Part shown: positions 34,818 to 47,900 of the stretch, in pieces
How the letters are laid out: each line of letters starts with the position of its first letter
Numbering within the stretch: the stretch's first letter is position 1
Origin: Flectonema sp. DT1601
Lineage: Eukaryota
DNA: 64,000 bases
Assembly (NCBI GenBank): GCA_964019425.1
Contig: OZ025793.1
Coordinates: forward strand, 1 to 64,000
Reading direction: 5' to 3'
Made by a program: the position numbers and the translations under genes
Notes under the pieces: generated by a model
Told to the model about the DNA's origin: nothing
Seen by the model: only the letters and a program-made list of their open reading frames with translations
Database searches by the model: none

Positions 34818-35714
34818 TTGCTGCTGTTGCTGCTGCTGCTGTTGCTGTTGTTGCTGTGCAGACTTGTCAGCGCGACTTTTTTTTTTCTTACCTGACGTCG
34901 CAGCCGCTGGCACCGTCTGTCCACCAATCTGCAATGAGTCAAGACCCATTCCCATTCCCTTTAATGAGTCATCAACGGGGGTAATGAAACCCTGCGCCGG
35001 GGTTGATGCCTGCTGGAGCTGACGTAATTGGGCGTCTTGCGTCAGTTTCAATTGTTGAAGCTGCAATTGCATAAGCGGGTCTTGCAGTGCCGCAGCTTGC
35101 TGCGCCTGCGCTACTTGCTGAGCCTGGGCAGCGGCATGGATTTGAGCGTATGCTTGTACTTGCGCTAGCTGCTGCTGTTGTTGCAACTGCTGCTGGTACT
35201 GAAGCTGCGCCAACATTACACCTTGCTGTTTAGGTTGTTGTGCAGCGGCTTGTGCTGCTTGCGGCACCTGCTGCTGTTTAAGAGCATTCAATATCATTTG
35301 TTGTTGGTGTTGATGGAGCATTTGTTGTTGTTGTTGCTGTTGCTGTTGCTGAATCATTTGATTAGCAAACTGCGTGTTCATCTGTTGCTGAAGCTGCTGA
35401 TTTTGGAGCTGAAGAATTTGTTGCTGTTGTTGCTGCTGCTGCTGCATCCTCATAACTGGGCTTACCGCCTGAGCTGGACCTGTAGTCCCGAGAACACCAG
35501 GTGCTACACTTCCACCAGTGGTTCCCAATACTCCTGGAGCTATTGCGCCTTGAGTCTTCTTCTTTTGCTTTTTATCTTTCTTAGGCTTTTCCTCAGCGGG
35601 TGGCTGTGTAGGCATAGGAACTGGCTTCCAAGCCGGAGCGTCTGCCCGCAGCTTGAAGCCAGCATCCTTCTTGTCGCTTTCATCAGCAGTTGTTGTGGGG
35701 ACGTCGTCAATCAT
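33722..35714 (-). CDS. Poly-glutamine protein with an N-terminal PAM2-like motif (probably two exons)
   Basis: ATG at 35714. FKLRADAPAWKP resembles PAM2. Long Q tracts and a globular C-terminus. GTATGT donor at 33824 and a probable short last exon 33775-33722 (GYNKTPVLVLIALRYQW*). Confidence 0.75.
34578..34856. repeat. CAG/CAA coding microsatellite (polyQ)
   Basis: (TGC/TGT)n on the plus strand, inside the polyQ CDS. Confidence 0.9.
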
Positions 35715-36225
35715 TTTTTTCGGAGGGGGTGCTGTCAGGTGAACAATTAAATAAGTTAGCAATTAAATTAAAACAAACGAATCGTATGTTCAAGTTCTAA
35801 CCAACATAGTTTGGGGTAGCTAATACAACCAGCGGCTTAGAACGAACAACAAGTTTGGATTACAGTCTCTATTGTAATTATATAATTAATTATAACAACA
35901 ACACTTAACTAAAACTAAAGCTTCTTATTTTATAGAAGAACGAAAAGCCGCAGAAACGAACCAAAACCAGAGAAACCGAAAAAATGAGTTTAAGAGTTGA
36001 AATACTCGACAGCTAAAATTAATTTTGACTACACAGAATTATTGTTAAGTCTGAAGTGAATGAAGCGCGAAACAGAAATAGTGATGGCCAGAGTAGATAA
36101 AGGAAGTCAATAAACAAATACCTACTTCAATATCAGTGAAGCTAACACAAGAATTCAATCACAGAGATGGCGAGTGATGTGGTAAAATACCAGAGAGAGG
36201 TATCGCCATCCTGGTGGCAGTCATG

Positions 36226-37134
36226 TTAACTGCTGCTATCTGTTTGTTTCATTTTGACATTTGCAGTCCCAGACGAAGGGGTGATACGGTGACAATAAAA
36301 CACAATAAACCACAGTAAACAAAGAATACCACTCATAATATAAAAACAACACCAACAAGGAAAAAAAAAAAGGTTCATTATTCCCCAAAACACGTTTGTT
36401 ATGAAAACTCTATTCAGAAATAAAGCTGAACACACCTCAACATGAGCTGTCGGTGGTAGGAAGTCACAGATTGCTTCATATATATCCTGTGGTATTCTAT
36501 TAAATAAAGGTGATATACAGCAGGCATACGTCAAGGCTGCTCGCTCAGCGAACGTGAGGGATATGAAACTATCGTCAGCAGAGGATTCCGATGTCCAGAT
36601 GTGTCGATTGACTATAAGAGGAGCTAATGTGATATACGAATCATGCGGATTGGATAAGGGGATTTTAAAATGTGTTTGCGGGATAGATGTTGACTCCGAG
36701 AGGTATGATATTTGCCAAGTTAATTGTTCCCATCGAAACCTCTCAGGAACTGCTATCTCAATACCACCTCCCAGACCTTCGAATAGAAGAGATGCTTCTT
36801 CGATAACAAAAGATTTTATTTCCCTAATGTTAGCCACCGTAGGATTGGGCCAGTACTTCACCATGTTAAGTGGTTTTTTAATCGCCTCACCGCAGTCAAC
36901 TGTTTGATTTCCGAAATCCGCCAATATCAAAGAATTCACTTGTACTCCACATCCTCCCAGAGTGGCGTCATTATCGAGTTGCTTTCCACCCAACTTCAAC
37001 TCGACTCCTTCTGCCATCTGTTCCTTTTTATCTAATGCCCAGCAGACGATCTTTTTCATTTGTTGTATTGTCGTGTCATTATCTATTCCCTCAACTCGTT
37101 GGGTGTTCCTCCTGTCACTCACTCGTACGAACAT
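36226..37134 (-). CDS. Protein with an N-terminal ubiquitin-like domain (3' exon structure uncertain)
   Basis: MFVRV...TTIQQMKKIV...LKLGGKQLDNDATLGGCGVQVNSLI resembles ubiquitin (GKQLEDGRTL). A probable GTGTGT donor at 36435 means the ORF tail is likely intronic. Confidence 0.65.
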   Translation of the reverse strand: MFVRVSDRRNTQRVEGIDNDTTIQQMKKIVCWALDKKEQMAEGVELKLGGKQLDNDATLGGCGVQVNSLILADFGNQTVDCGEAIKKPLNMVKYWPNPTVANIREIKSFVIEEASLLFEGLGGGIEIAVPERFRWEQLTWQISYLSESTSIPQTHFKIPLSNPHDSYITLAPLIVNRHIWTSESSADDSFISLTFAERAALTYACCISPLFNRIPQDIYEAICDFLPPTAHVEVCSALFLNRVFITNVFWGIMNLFFFPCWCCFYIMSGILCLLWFIVFYCHRITPSSGTANVKMKQTDSSS

Positions 37135-37614
37135 AGTTTTTGCATTCTACGCCAACTGCTGAAATGTAATGAAGAATCAAGAGTAGAGGAACTGTTAAAT
37201 ACTTTACAAAGACACATCTATCCCGCACATCAAATTACTAATTTTCAACAAATCGACTGTTAGGTGCGACTACAGACCAATTAAAACAAAAAAAAAAAAC
37301 TTTAAAAATATTTTAAATAATTTGAATAAGGCTTCTACAAGTTACGAAATTGACAAAAGGGAATAAAAAGCTTTCCTTTTATCATTTGTTTTTTTTTTTA
37401 AAAAAAAGGAGAAGATTACAATTAAATGTTGGTTGCCTCTGATTTCAGAGAATATCATTTAAACAACAAAAACGGATAAAAAGGAACAGAAAGTAAATCA
37501 ACACGATTTTACTTATTAAAATAATATTTAGTATTTTTTTTGAGACGAAAAAAAAAAAAAAAAAAAAAAAAAACAGAAAAATGAGAGGCAGTAACTGTTG
37601 CGCAAAGAATCAGA

Positions 37615-38610
37615 TCAGTGTACATAATGATAACCTCTCCTTCTCAACCACCTTCTATGAATTACATACACTGCCCCGGCAGAAAATATACACACCGCTA
37701 CGGAATAGATGATTCCTCCACTTTCAGCAGGTGGTGGTGACACTACTCTTCCTTTTGAAGCTGCTTCAGTAAGTTGTGTTGGTGTCACTTGAGATGATAA
37801 AAAACTTAAGTAGGACTCCGCCTTGTGAAGAAGGAGAATATCTGCCTTGCGAATAATCGAAAGCTCAGAACAGAGAAATATTGGAGGCGTTGGGTGTGTA
37901 AAATTCCCTTCACCGAAAGTCGTGATTGGATCGAGAACATAATTTACTGAAGTGAGAACGAATCTCTGATTCTTCTCAAAGTTAGAACTCTGCAAAGTAA
38001 TAAAATTATTAAGTGACGGAGAACAGAATGGAGGTTCCCCAAATGTTAAAATGGAAACATTTTTATTGTTCGGATTCAACTCGACAAAGTCCTTGGCAGC
38101 GATTACAGCTAACGCAGCACCAGACCCGTGGCCTATAAACTGAACAGGTCTTGATTTTGATGATGATAATAGAAGTAATAAATTATTTCTAATTGTGATA
38201 TACCTCATCATGTATCCTTTATGAACTTGTCTAGAGTTGTCATTAAGGAACGCTGTTGTCTGAAAGTCAATATCGTCCTTTAGGTCTTGAACTGTGACGG
38301 TACCTCGAAATACAACTTTTACTTTCTGGGAGGTACCTGTTCCTAGTTGAACGAACCCCTTACCTCCACCAAATGGGAGGACATTAGTTCCCACCATATC
38401 ACACTCGTCTTGTCTTTTATCCATTTCATAACTAGCCCATGAAAGACAGGCTCCTACTATAGTGTCCTTAGTGATCAGTTGTTTGCTTTTCTCACCTCCA
38501 CCACTACTACAATACTTCTTGACTTCACTATTCGATGGAGGTTCTACAAAGGACTCAGATAGAACAACTGATAGCAGTAGCAGACATATTAAAAGTTTGT
38601 TTGCTTTCAT
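37615..38610 (-). CDS. Lipase class 3-like type I membrane protein
   Basis: Signal peptide MKANKLLICLLLLSVVLSE. Motifs VVFRGT, VHKGY, FIGHGSGAALA, TFGEP and DPIT. C-terminal TM helix followed by a basic tail. Confidence 0.8.
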   Translation of the reverse strand: MKANKLLICLLLLSVVLSESFVEPPSNSEVKKYCSSGGGEKSKQLITKDTIVGACLSWASYEMDKRQDECDMVGTNVLPFGGGKGFVQLGTGTSQKVKVVFRGTVTVQDLKDDIDFQTTAFLNDNSRQVHKGYMMRYITIRNNLLLLLSSSKSRPVQFIGHGSGAALAVIAAKDFVELNPNNKNVSILTFGEPPFCSPSLNNFITLQSSNFEKNQRFVLTSVNYVLDPITTFGEGNFTHPTPPIFLCSELSIIRKADILLLHKAESYLSFLSSQVTPTQLTEAASKGRVVSPPPAESGGIIYSVAVCIFSAGAVYVIHRRWLRRRGYHYVH

Positions 38611-38944
38611 TATTTCCCCGACCCTGATTAAATAAAAACATATATGAGACTTTTGCACCTTCAGAATATTGACTTCAATAAACCCTGCCACATACATTTA
38701 TGACTGTAGAAGGAATAGAAATGAATTACCATTTAAAAGTTAACTAATTGCATAAGGGAACATCGAAAGGAGAACAAAAATACTTTCTACTTAAACTTAT
38801 CATTCTTCCGGTTTTTGTCCAACTATGTTTGTTTCTTTGCATTTCACTTTTTGGATTGAACTCGTTCGTTTCTTTCTCTTCCGATTCTATTTCTTTGTTT
38901 CGTTCGCAAGACATTGTCAGTGGTCACACAACAAAAAGAGAGAG

Positions 38945-38977
<33 letters not shown>

Positions 38978-41900
38978 CACAAAAAGAGCTCCTTCAACAA
39001 AAAGAGGGCTTTTGTCAGGTGACAATGCGGAATACTTATTTACTTTTTTTTTTGTTAAAAAAACTATGGGCGGGATTGAACGGTAAAAGACCTCCCACCA
39101 CACTGACGAGAAAAAGACAATTGGCCACATGACTCTCACACAACACCCATCTCTTTTAATGAGATTGCCTATTACTGTTGTGAAATATTAACTGAAGGCA
39201 ACATTGATTAGATATTTAGTTACATAATTCAAATAACTGAGTCATGCTCAAAACTAAAACAATAAAAGAAAAATAGAAAATCGAAGCTCAAGTACTGACA
39301 TCACTTAGTAATGCAGTTAGTCATTTCCTAATACGCTGTAGTGTCAATGAAGGCACACAGTCAAATAGATAATTTAACAAACAAACAGGGGAAGGGAAAG
39401 GAACAAGGCAGCGTTAGCTTCACAAGCAAACTAAATCACACAAAAGTTTCGTTTGCTGCGAAGTCAATGAAGATGAGCAATTAACAACAACTGTAATCTG
39501 GTGCACGAAGCCAATTCTCTGTAGTAATGATTACTTCTTAATATGAAAGTGAGTAATAATGAACTACAGGAAAAATAGACAGCTGAGGTCTCACAACGAC
39601 TTCCGTGTATATGATTTTGTGCCAATGATAACACAACAGTCTCAACAATTCAATGATATCTAACCTCTTTAAAGTGATACAATTATATCATCACCATAAC
39701 TATTGCAGTGTTACCGAACGAAATCTGGAAACACCAATCCCAGTTCTCTGCAACGATGATCAATTGCTTCTTGTGCTGTAGCATCAAGAGAAAGCAAGAA
39801 AGAACCGACAGGAAAATATCAAATAAAGAGTCTCTGCGTCGACATTGTCACGTATAACGTGGTCAATAACAGATAAGACGAAGGTAAAAAGTAAATAAAA
39901 ATGAACACCGAAACGATTAGTTCGACAGTCTTCTAAAAGATTAAGACGCCCACTATTTCAGCGACTTTTACAAAAGGGAAATCACCGCTAAACAAAATAA
40001 GAGACGAGGATGCGCTATCTGAACACATCTCTTTCATCTCTCAGTACACACGACATTTAATAATGATTTAGCGAGAATGAAGTAGTTAAAAATATTTTCA
40101 GCTAAAACTCGCGCGCTAACCAACCTCTTAAACCAAAAACTAACTACGAAGTACAAGAGAGAATCGGTACTTAGTGTCTACGTTCAAGGGGAAAGGGGAA
40201 AAGAAGGATAATCTCGCAATAGACAACAATCTTTCAAAATGAAACCCTACACACAGAACACAGCCAATGTGTAAAATTAATCTAAAAAGAGATACGAAAG
40301 AATAAAGAAGCGTTGGTATTAGACGTTATATTTAAACCCACTTGGTTTCGTGCACCAAACAAACATAATTAGTGTTTTGACTACCAATTTTGTTGTTATT
40401 GTAATGCTAAAGCCTATTCCTTTAATCATGAACAGCTAATAACAAATTGGATTAATAAAAAGAAAATAAGCAAGACCGCAGTAAGAAAGAAAACTGATAA
40501 AAAAATACCAACAGGAAAACCTTATTTTTATTTTTTTTTTTAAATCAGGGATACTGAAAGATAATAATGGAAATAGAACAAGTTTTCACGCTGATGAACA
40601 AAAGGTAAAAAGGAAGACCAACTTACAAACCCAACTCGGCTTTCTTCGATCATCAGGTTTGTGGATACAAGATCTTCACTCGAATCTTGCAGAGCCCACG
40701 ATTTTACTCACATGGCTGGCACTATAATTTACCTTATCATTGCAGCCAACACAATATTTTTGCTCGCAAGTGAAACAAAGGATTGGAATGCAGAAAAGAT
40801 GTTGAGAAAGAACTAACGGGGAACAACAACTCTTTTTTTTTTTTTTTTTTTTTTTTCTCCCCCTCATTTTCTGGGGAATAAAAGTTCACCCCAGGGGGAA
40901 AGCTACGAGAAAGAAACTTTATGATTCCCCTCTATTTATCGTCATACTGGTTCAAAATGTAAAAGATGTCGTCGTATTGTACCATATAACACTTGAAGGG
41001 GTAAAAAAAATAAAAAATAAAAATGTTGATACTGTGAAAAAGATAAAAGACAAAAGTGTTAACACATTCCTCAGCAGTTAAACTTAAGAGTTCTTAAGTT
41101 TCCGGCAGCGGAATAGATCGTTGGTAAAAAAAAACTCCTACAACTCAACAACAAGAAGAAAGTCCCAAATAAGTTACTTGAAGAACGTTTAGTCTGACTT
41201 CCGGAAGCTATAAAACCAGAGATTAACGGCTGCTGCAGGAATCTGCGGCAACAAAGTGAAAAAACAATTGTGCATTGGTAGTCAGAAAAAAAGCAGTTTC
41301 TTTTTTAAAGCAAGCCGACAGGACTCTGGTTCTTTTTTTTTTTTTTTTTTTGAAGATAAACGGAATAGAGCAAAAAAAACAGGCAAAAGCTGACTGTTTA
41401 TGTGGTGAAAGGAAAGAAAAGATAAAATAATAAAAAAGGGTGTGAAAATCTAGTCAGAGTTCAAGAATAAGCTAATCTTATCTTACATTAACTCCTTGCA
41501 CGGTTCGACATCTGAATACTTTTAGCTCATAGTAGCTAACATAATTACTAACCTCAAGGCAACTGCAAGAAACCAGCTGTTTGTTTGAAGTCAGAAGTCA
41601 GGCACGCTGAACTTCCAATTTTTTATTTTACTTTGGATTTCTTTAAGAAAAAAAGTGAATGCAAATTAAATGGGAGATAAGTAACATAGAAGAGCTGCTG
41701 GTGATTTTTGGTTTCAGGCGCCAGGAGGGAACATGGCAACTCAGGTAACCCAATCCACCGCTCAAGCGAATCCAAATATCGGATTGTACTGTCTTGATGC
41801 TATGAACTATGTCAACAAGAAATGGGAGAGCGAGAAAGTTAGTAAAAGGTATAAACAATAACTTATGGGTTTAAGGCAATGGCAAAGCCAGATAAAGTTA

Positions 41901-44900
41901 AAAGGAAACGTCATAATGTACGTCGCGTCTTAGATAGGACCAGGAGCCAACACAAAATAGTACTCAGTGAGGCGCTCAACGAAATCCATATCTACAAGCA
42001 GACGTTAGGAGTTATTGGTTTAGGTAGTTTTTAAAAGCGACGGAGACAAAAAGATAGCAATTCGTGGTATTGCATTCGTGGCAATCCGACAAACAGAATA
42101 CTCTGATGTCTCAATACCGTCGCTGGAAGCAATCCAGAAAAATGGATCGTACTTTGACTGGAAAATAGTTCAAAACATGTTCTGAAAAACAATAAAAGCA
42201 AAGCCAGGGAACTAAACCCTTGGCGCTCGACTACTCCGTGAGATTAATCACTTCACTAAATCCGTCGGATCTGGGATGGGGACAGTTGGATAAAACGTAA
42301 AATATTAAATTACATTTAACAACCATCAATTAGAATCAACTATCAGGATCACAGCAACTACTGATTGGGAACCCAAAAAGGTACTTCCAACAATACGAAA
42401 GGCTCGCACTGCTATGCTCCTAAAGCTGATTTCTTTTTTCCCCACTATTTTTGACTCTTGCTACCAAAATGGAATAAAACAACAGAGCCAAACCCACGGC
42501 AAGGGACAACTTACATAAATAACAATACTTCCTGAAACTAAAAGGAAGAGGGCAACTATTTGGTGTTTGGCTTTAATCAAAAAGAATCTTTTTTTTTTTT
42601 TTTTTTTTGAAAAATTATTAGCCACAGCAGTAAATTATAATAAGGGATCTCACAAGGGAGGTATAAAATAATACAAGTAATGAAAAAGGACAAGAACAAT
42701 TGATCTGAGAAATAAATATTTGACTGACAGCAACTTGAAATGATCAAGGTCAGTGATATGCGTGTGTTGGTATGATTCAGGTGTCTCAATGCCGCTTCTG
42801 CCTTGAGTGTCGGAGGTGAAGTGTTACTGCTTCACAAGACACAAGAGCAAACATTTGAGGTGCCGGTTTGTTATATTTCTCTCGCTCTTTTGTAATTTAT
42901 TATTTTTGCTTTCCTTTGAAATTTCGAAATCGCAATTCATAAGTTTTTTTTTTTTTTTTTTTTAAAGGAATTGAAGTCGTGACTTCAATTCCTTCAGCGG
43001 TAAACAAATTATTGCTGGGCGTTGTCGCCTATACAGCAAACACTTCTCAACTACTATTGTGATATTTGGTATTGGTTGTCTGGTAGGTAACTCGCAAATA
43101 ACATCGTTAATATTCCGTGTGGCGGATCGGATAAAGAAACCGAAGCATTTCAATGAGCAGCAACATTGTTATTACAACATTACTTCACATCTCTTGCATT
43201 TTATTTGCCAACACCTACTTCAGTTGAAAATCGTTGATTGGATGTTAGCACCGATTTGATACTTTCAGAAGGGTAACAACAAAGGTATTACTACTTCCTT
43301 ATAACTGAATACAAGTAAGAATAAATAAATTATTATCTTCACCTATTCATGTGTTCAGTCTTGTTTAACACCATAGAAAGTAGGCATCAGGTATAAACTG
43401 GTTGACAAATCAATGTACTACTCGCAGAATCGGAATCTTAGTGGCAAGAAAAGAATTGATTGCCGCTAAACACTCTTGCGTGGTACTCGTCAATGTTTTT
43501 GATAAAGAAGCAGGAAGGACATCTCTGCAACTGCTTCCTTGTCAAAAGTAAACGAGAAATGGGTTCGCAATATAATCAACTCAAAGTAGTTCATTTATTT
43601 ATTTACGAAGCCTAGGAAGCAAAGTGTTTTACAGTTTTTTTGCTTCCTAAAAATTTTCAATATTTTTTTTTTTTTTTTTTTATTCTTCTTCAGTGCTTAT
43701 GCATGTATCTCGCAAAAGAAATATTTTCCTTCTTTCCTTTATTTTGTTTTTATTCTGATTTTTTCGTTATGTTGATTAATAAAAAGAAAAATTGTGTTTG
43801 AGGGAACCCTTTCATTATCACTTCGTTAGACACGCGTCGGCAATCAAAATGATATTGCTATCTAAATAATACTACGCAAGGCATTCTTTCTTTCAGTTAC
43901 AAAACCTTCCATACACCACGACGAAGATTGTCATTCTCACTTGTTCCAGTTCTTAGAGAACAATGAATGTGAAAAGATTTTTTTTTTTGTTTTGTTTTGA
44001 TTTATTATTACTAGCGCTAAATAAAAAAAAAAAGGTAGAAGGAAGGATTAAAGGAATACACATCCGACCTTGCTAACAGGTTTTCCTTAAGTAACCAAAA
44101 ATGTTTTTTTTCTTTTTTCTTTTTTTTATTAAATCGACAATAACATGAACTACCTGAGAGGACTATCCTCCAATTGGAGTACAACCCAGAATTGAACTGG
44201 TGCGAAACTAGGAGTACCTCGACACCAAAGAATTTATTCTGTTTTGAGGAAGTAGAAAGAATCGAACGGTTTGTTTGCAAGTAGCGCAAAAATAGATTAA
44301 TCTGACTAAAGGATCCGCGTTGGGTATTTATTAACAGTAATAATAATAATAATAGAATAATAGTTTCACAACAAAACATGCTAACCCAACGTGAAGACCC
44401 ATTGTAATTCGAATCATCTCCTCTGTGAACGAACCGACTTACTAAAAAGAAGTTTCTGTCGGGATGGGCAAACTAATTTTAAAAATAATTCTCTTCTGCT
44501 ATATGTAGCTCGCCAGGGTTCCTTGGCAGCTGTATGTCACGAGCACTCAAAAAGAAGTTGCTGTAAACAAACACAGTCAGTTTCGATCCATTTATGCAAA
44601 AAGGGATTAAAAACAACTACACTCAAAAGTAAAGAATTACTACAACAGAAAATGGATTATTCTTTTTATTATTTCAACAGTCGATGTTCTGATTTTAACC
44701 AAATTTCCATCATCAGATCAAAAGAGGTGGTAGTGTCAGCACGTTTAGACTTCGAATTCAACAAACATCAGGTAGTCCTCATTAGATGTTTGCCTCACAA
44801 AAGCTTCAACTGCAGAGCTCCTTGGTAAACCAGAAAGCAGTGAAGTCATTCTAATGTAAATACGAAGCAGAGTAAACCGATACAAATAACACATTTGATC

Positions 44901-47900
44901 TATTCTTCAGATGGAGTCAAGTCGACTGATAAAAACGCATTGAGCGACGGGATTGTCATTCATGCGAACGCAAGTCGGTCCATTTTCTTTGAGTGGTAGG
45001 ATCGTAATATAAATAATCCAAACTGAATATATATTTATTTATTTATTTATCTTATTAAATCAGGAAAGTCAAACTTCTGGAGAAGCTCACAGTGTGTACT
45101 ACGTCATATATAACTTAATTAAAGTCACACAACAGTAGAATCGATCCGAAAGTCGGATTATGAAGTTAGCTTCTGTTGGTGAAGAAGACTCTTTGAGAAA
45201 GGTTGTTAGGATTCAACAAAAAAAATACACTTCGCAAGTGGTTATAATTTTGCTCTTTTTTTAGAAAAAAGAAAAAAAAAAAAAAGAAAAAAAGAAAATC
45301 ACTGAAAATCAGTAATAAAAACAACATGCACGAAAACTTTTTTTTTCTTTTTTTTTTTTTTTTTTCAAAAAAACAGCTCAAAGAGGAAAAAAATTTGATA
45401 TTTCTGGTCTGATCGCTAGTTGGCGAAACAAGACATTACTTTGTTCCAACCATTGTAAGGCATTGAATCAATCAGGGAAAAAAAAGGAGAAAAGAAAAAT
45501 AATCAATGAGGAGGGTTCAAACTACTAATGCGTACTGCCAAGAGCGTGTCGGAGGGTTCAAGATCCGATTACAAGTGCTCGTTTTCAGTACGTGCAATTG
45601 ATTGCTCTTAAGAAGTTCTTCACATAGACGAAGGAATAGGGAACTAAATAAAAATAAAGAAATTCCACGTTTTCCGACATTAAAAAGGAAAAAACAGACA
45701 ACAAAAGTTAGACTATCGCCACATCCTATTTCAGGATGACTCAAAACTATTATTAGGCGGGAATCTTGTCGCAATATTTATGAGGCCATGCTGCTTATTA
45801 TTTTATATCCTCATTACCAACGGATCACTTCTGTGATGACTTTAACAACTTTTGAAGGCAAAAAAAATAGTTGTTGTGGGGAAGGGTTGCCTACTAAGAA
45901 ATCAGAGTCAGCACTTAGGGTCTCGTTGGTTCATTGGAAATTATTAAGAAAAAAAACTCCTAAAAACAGATAAGCCAGTCACGCTAAAACATTAGCGGCC
46001 CATTATATCCTTTCCTATCCTAACATAGCAACATAAGCTGCGTGAAATAATAGCTCTTTTTAGTTAGTATTGGTCAGCGAGCTCTAGAGGACGGTCAGCT
46101 GATACAAAAAAAAGAAAGAAAAAAAAAACGGAACAGAGGGGTAGGAAATTAGGGGAACGTTATTTTTTTTTCATTCTCTTTTTTTTTTTTTTTTTTTTTT
46201 TTAAATATTGCTTTTTTCAAATAATCAAAAAAAAAGAACCCGCACTGAAATTTCTTTTTCGATTCCTTTATTTTTTTTTTTTTTTTTTTTTACTTTCTTT
46301 TTATTTTTTTTTTTTTAAATTCACATTCTTTATAGGTTAAGTTAGAAGGTTAGTTAGAGTAGTTTATTTGTTGTTGTTGTTGTGTTTTACTTGAATTTAA
46401 GAGGATTGGTAATTGATAAGGTATGCATCACATAGGATGAAGTAGTTGACCATCACACAAGTCATGAGTACAACTCTGTTGTTCTCTGAAGCAGAGTTTT
46501 ATATTACTGCAGTACTCTGATGGAAATCATAACTTTTATTATTTTTCTCCCTGCTAACACACAACAGAGTGTGTACAGCAGGGGAGGAAAGTGATACTAT
46601 ATAAGTTCCAGAGAGGTTTGGTCATGAAGAAATTAATACATCAAGTCCAAAGAAAGAAAGAAAATGAAACACTTAATAAACAGAAAACTGTGTCGGGTAA
46701 TAAATAAAAAATCCCTCGTCGCTGTAGAAAACTTGTCAACAGCGAAGAATAACTCATTTATAAGTTTCCACCCTCACTGTTCAGTTGTAGAAGGTACGAC
46801 TGCTGCAGGTATCATTGTCAGTAAATAAGATGACAAGTTTCAAATCGCAATCGTAACATATAAATTGCTTACAAGATTAAATGTTCGCGCAAAATACTAT
46901 AAATAAAATCCTCGAAAAAAACATAACAACTAATACAATAACAACATCAACAGAAAGTGTTGGTTGCTACATCGATGAAAAAAAAAAAGGGGGGAAAAAG
47001 GAATAGTTAGTAGTATGGTTAGAAAAGGTTAAACGGGTTAATTAGAAGGGGAAAAAAAACTGATAAAGTCATCAGAATAAATAACGAACAACAGCGTGAA
47101 GGGTGGTTTCGTTTAAAATTATTTGTTATTAAAATTAGTTAACAGCCGACTACTTTTTGTTGTTGCCTTAGCTGAAAGGGAAAGCTAAACTCAGTTGACT
47201 CCCCGACTTGAATTCTAATCGACAAGACTATAAATTAAAAAATAAATAAATAGTAAATTTCAAAGAAAATCATAACAAGTCATTCCCCAAGCGATGTCCT
47301 GAGATTCGACGTTTTTTTTTTTTTTTTTTTAAACTACTTGACTACTCGCTTGAGATAACGGAGTCCGCACAAGGCTGATAGCAGTGGTTTTTTTTTCTTC
47401 TTTTTTTTTTCTTTTTTTTTTATAGTGTGGATCACCGACAAAATCACAAAATGCAAAGTGTCCTGAACTGAGTTCAGACTTCTTTTTTTTTTTTTTTTAA
47501 ACAAGAATTATGCAATGTCTTCGATGCCCAAAAATTAAGTTCAGACAAGATAGTAGCGCCGACTTTTCGTCCAAAGCTCTCCGTGAGTATAAATAAAGAA
47601 TTGAAAAAATTAAATATAAGATGTGATTTTTAACCATATAAAAGAAGAGAGTCGAAGAAAAAAAATAAATTAATAAAGATTCACTGCTCTGAAAACTTCA
47701 AGTATCACAGACCAAGTGACTAAACCAAATAAATAAGATCCAACTGCCCAACAGTGTCAGTGTCACTAACTGCTGACCAATATTACACGATTCGGCAATC
47801 AGCTTACTGATCATAGCTCGCCTGAAGAAAACGGTATCCGTGAGAGTCGAACTGTAAGACAATAAAAGAACAACAGTCTCTTTATTATCCACATAAAAGC

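Noticed and set aside
34513..35022. Poly-Cys and poly-Ala/Val ORFs
   Set aside because: Antisense frames of the polyQ tract.
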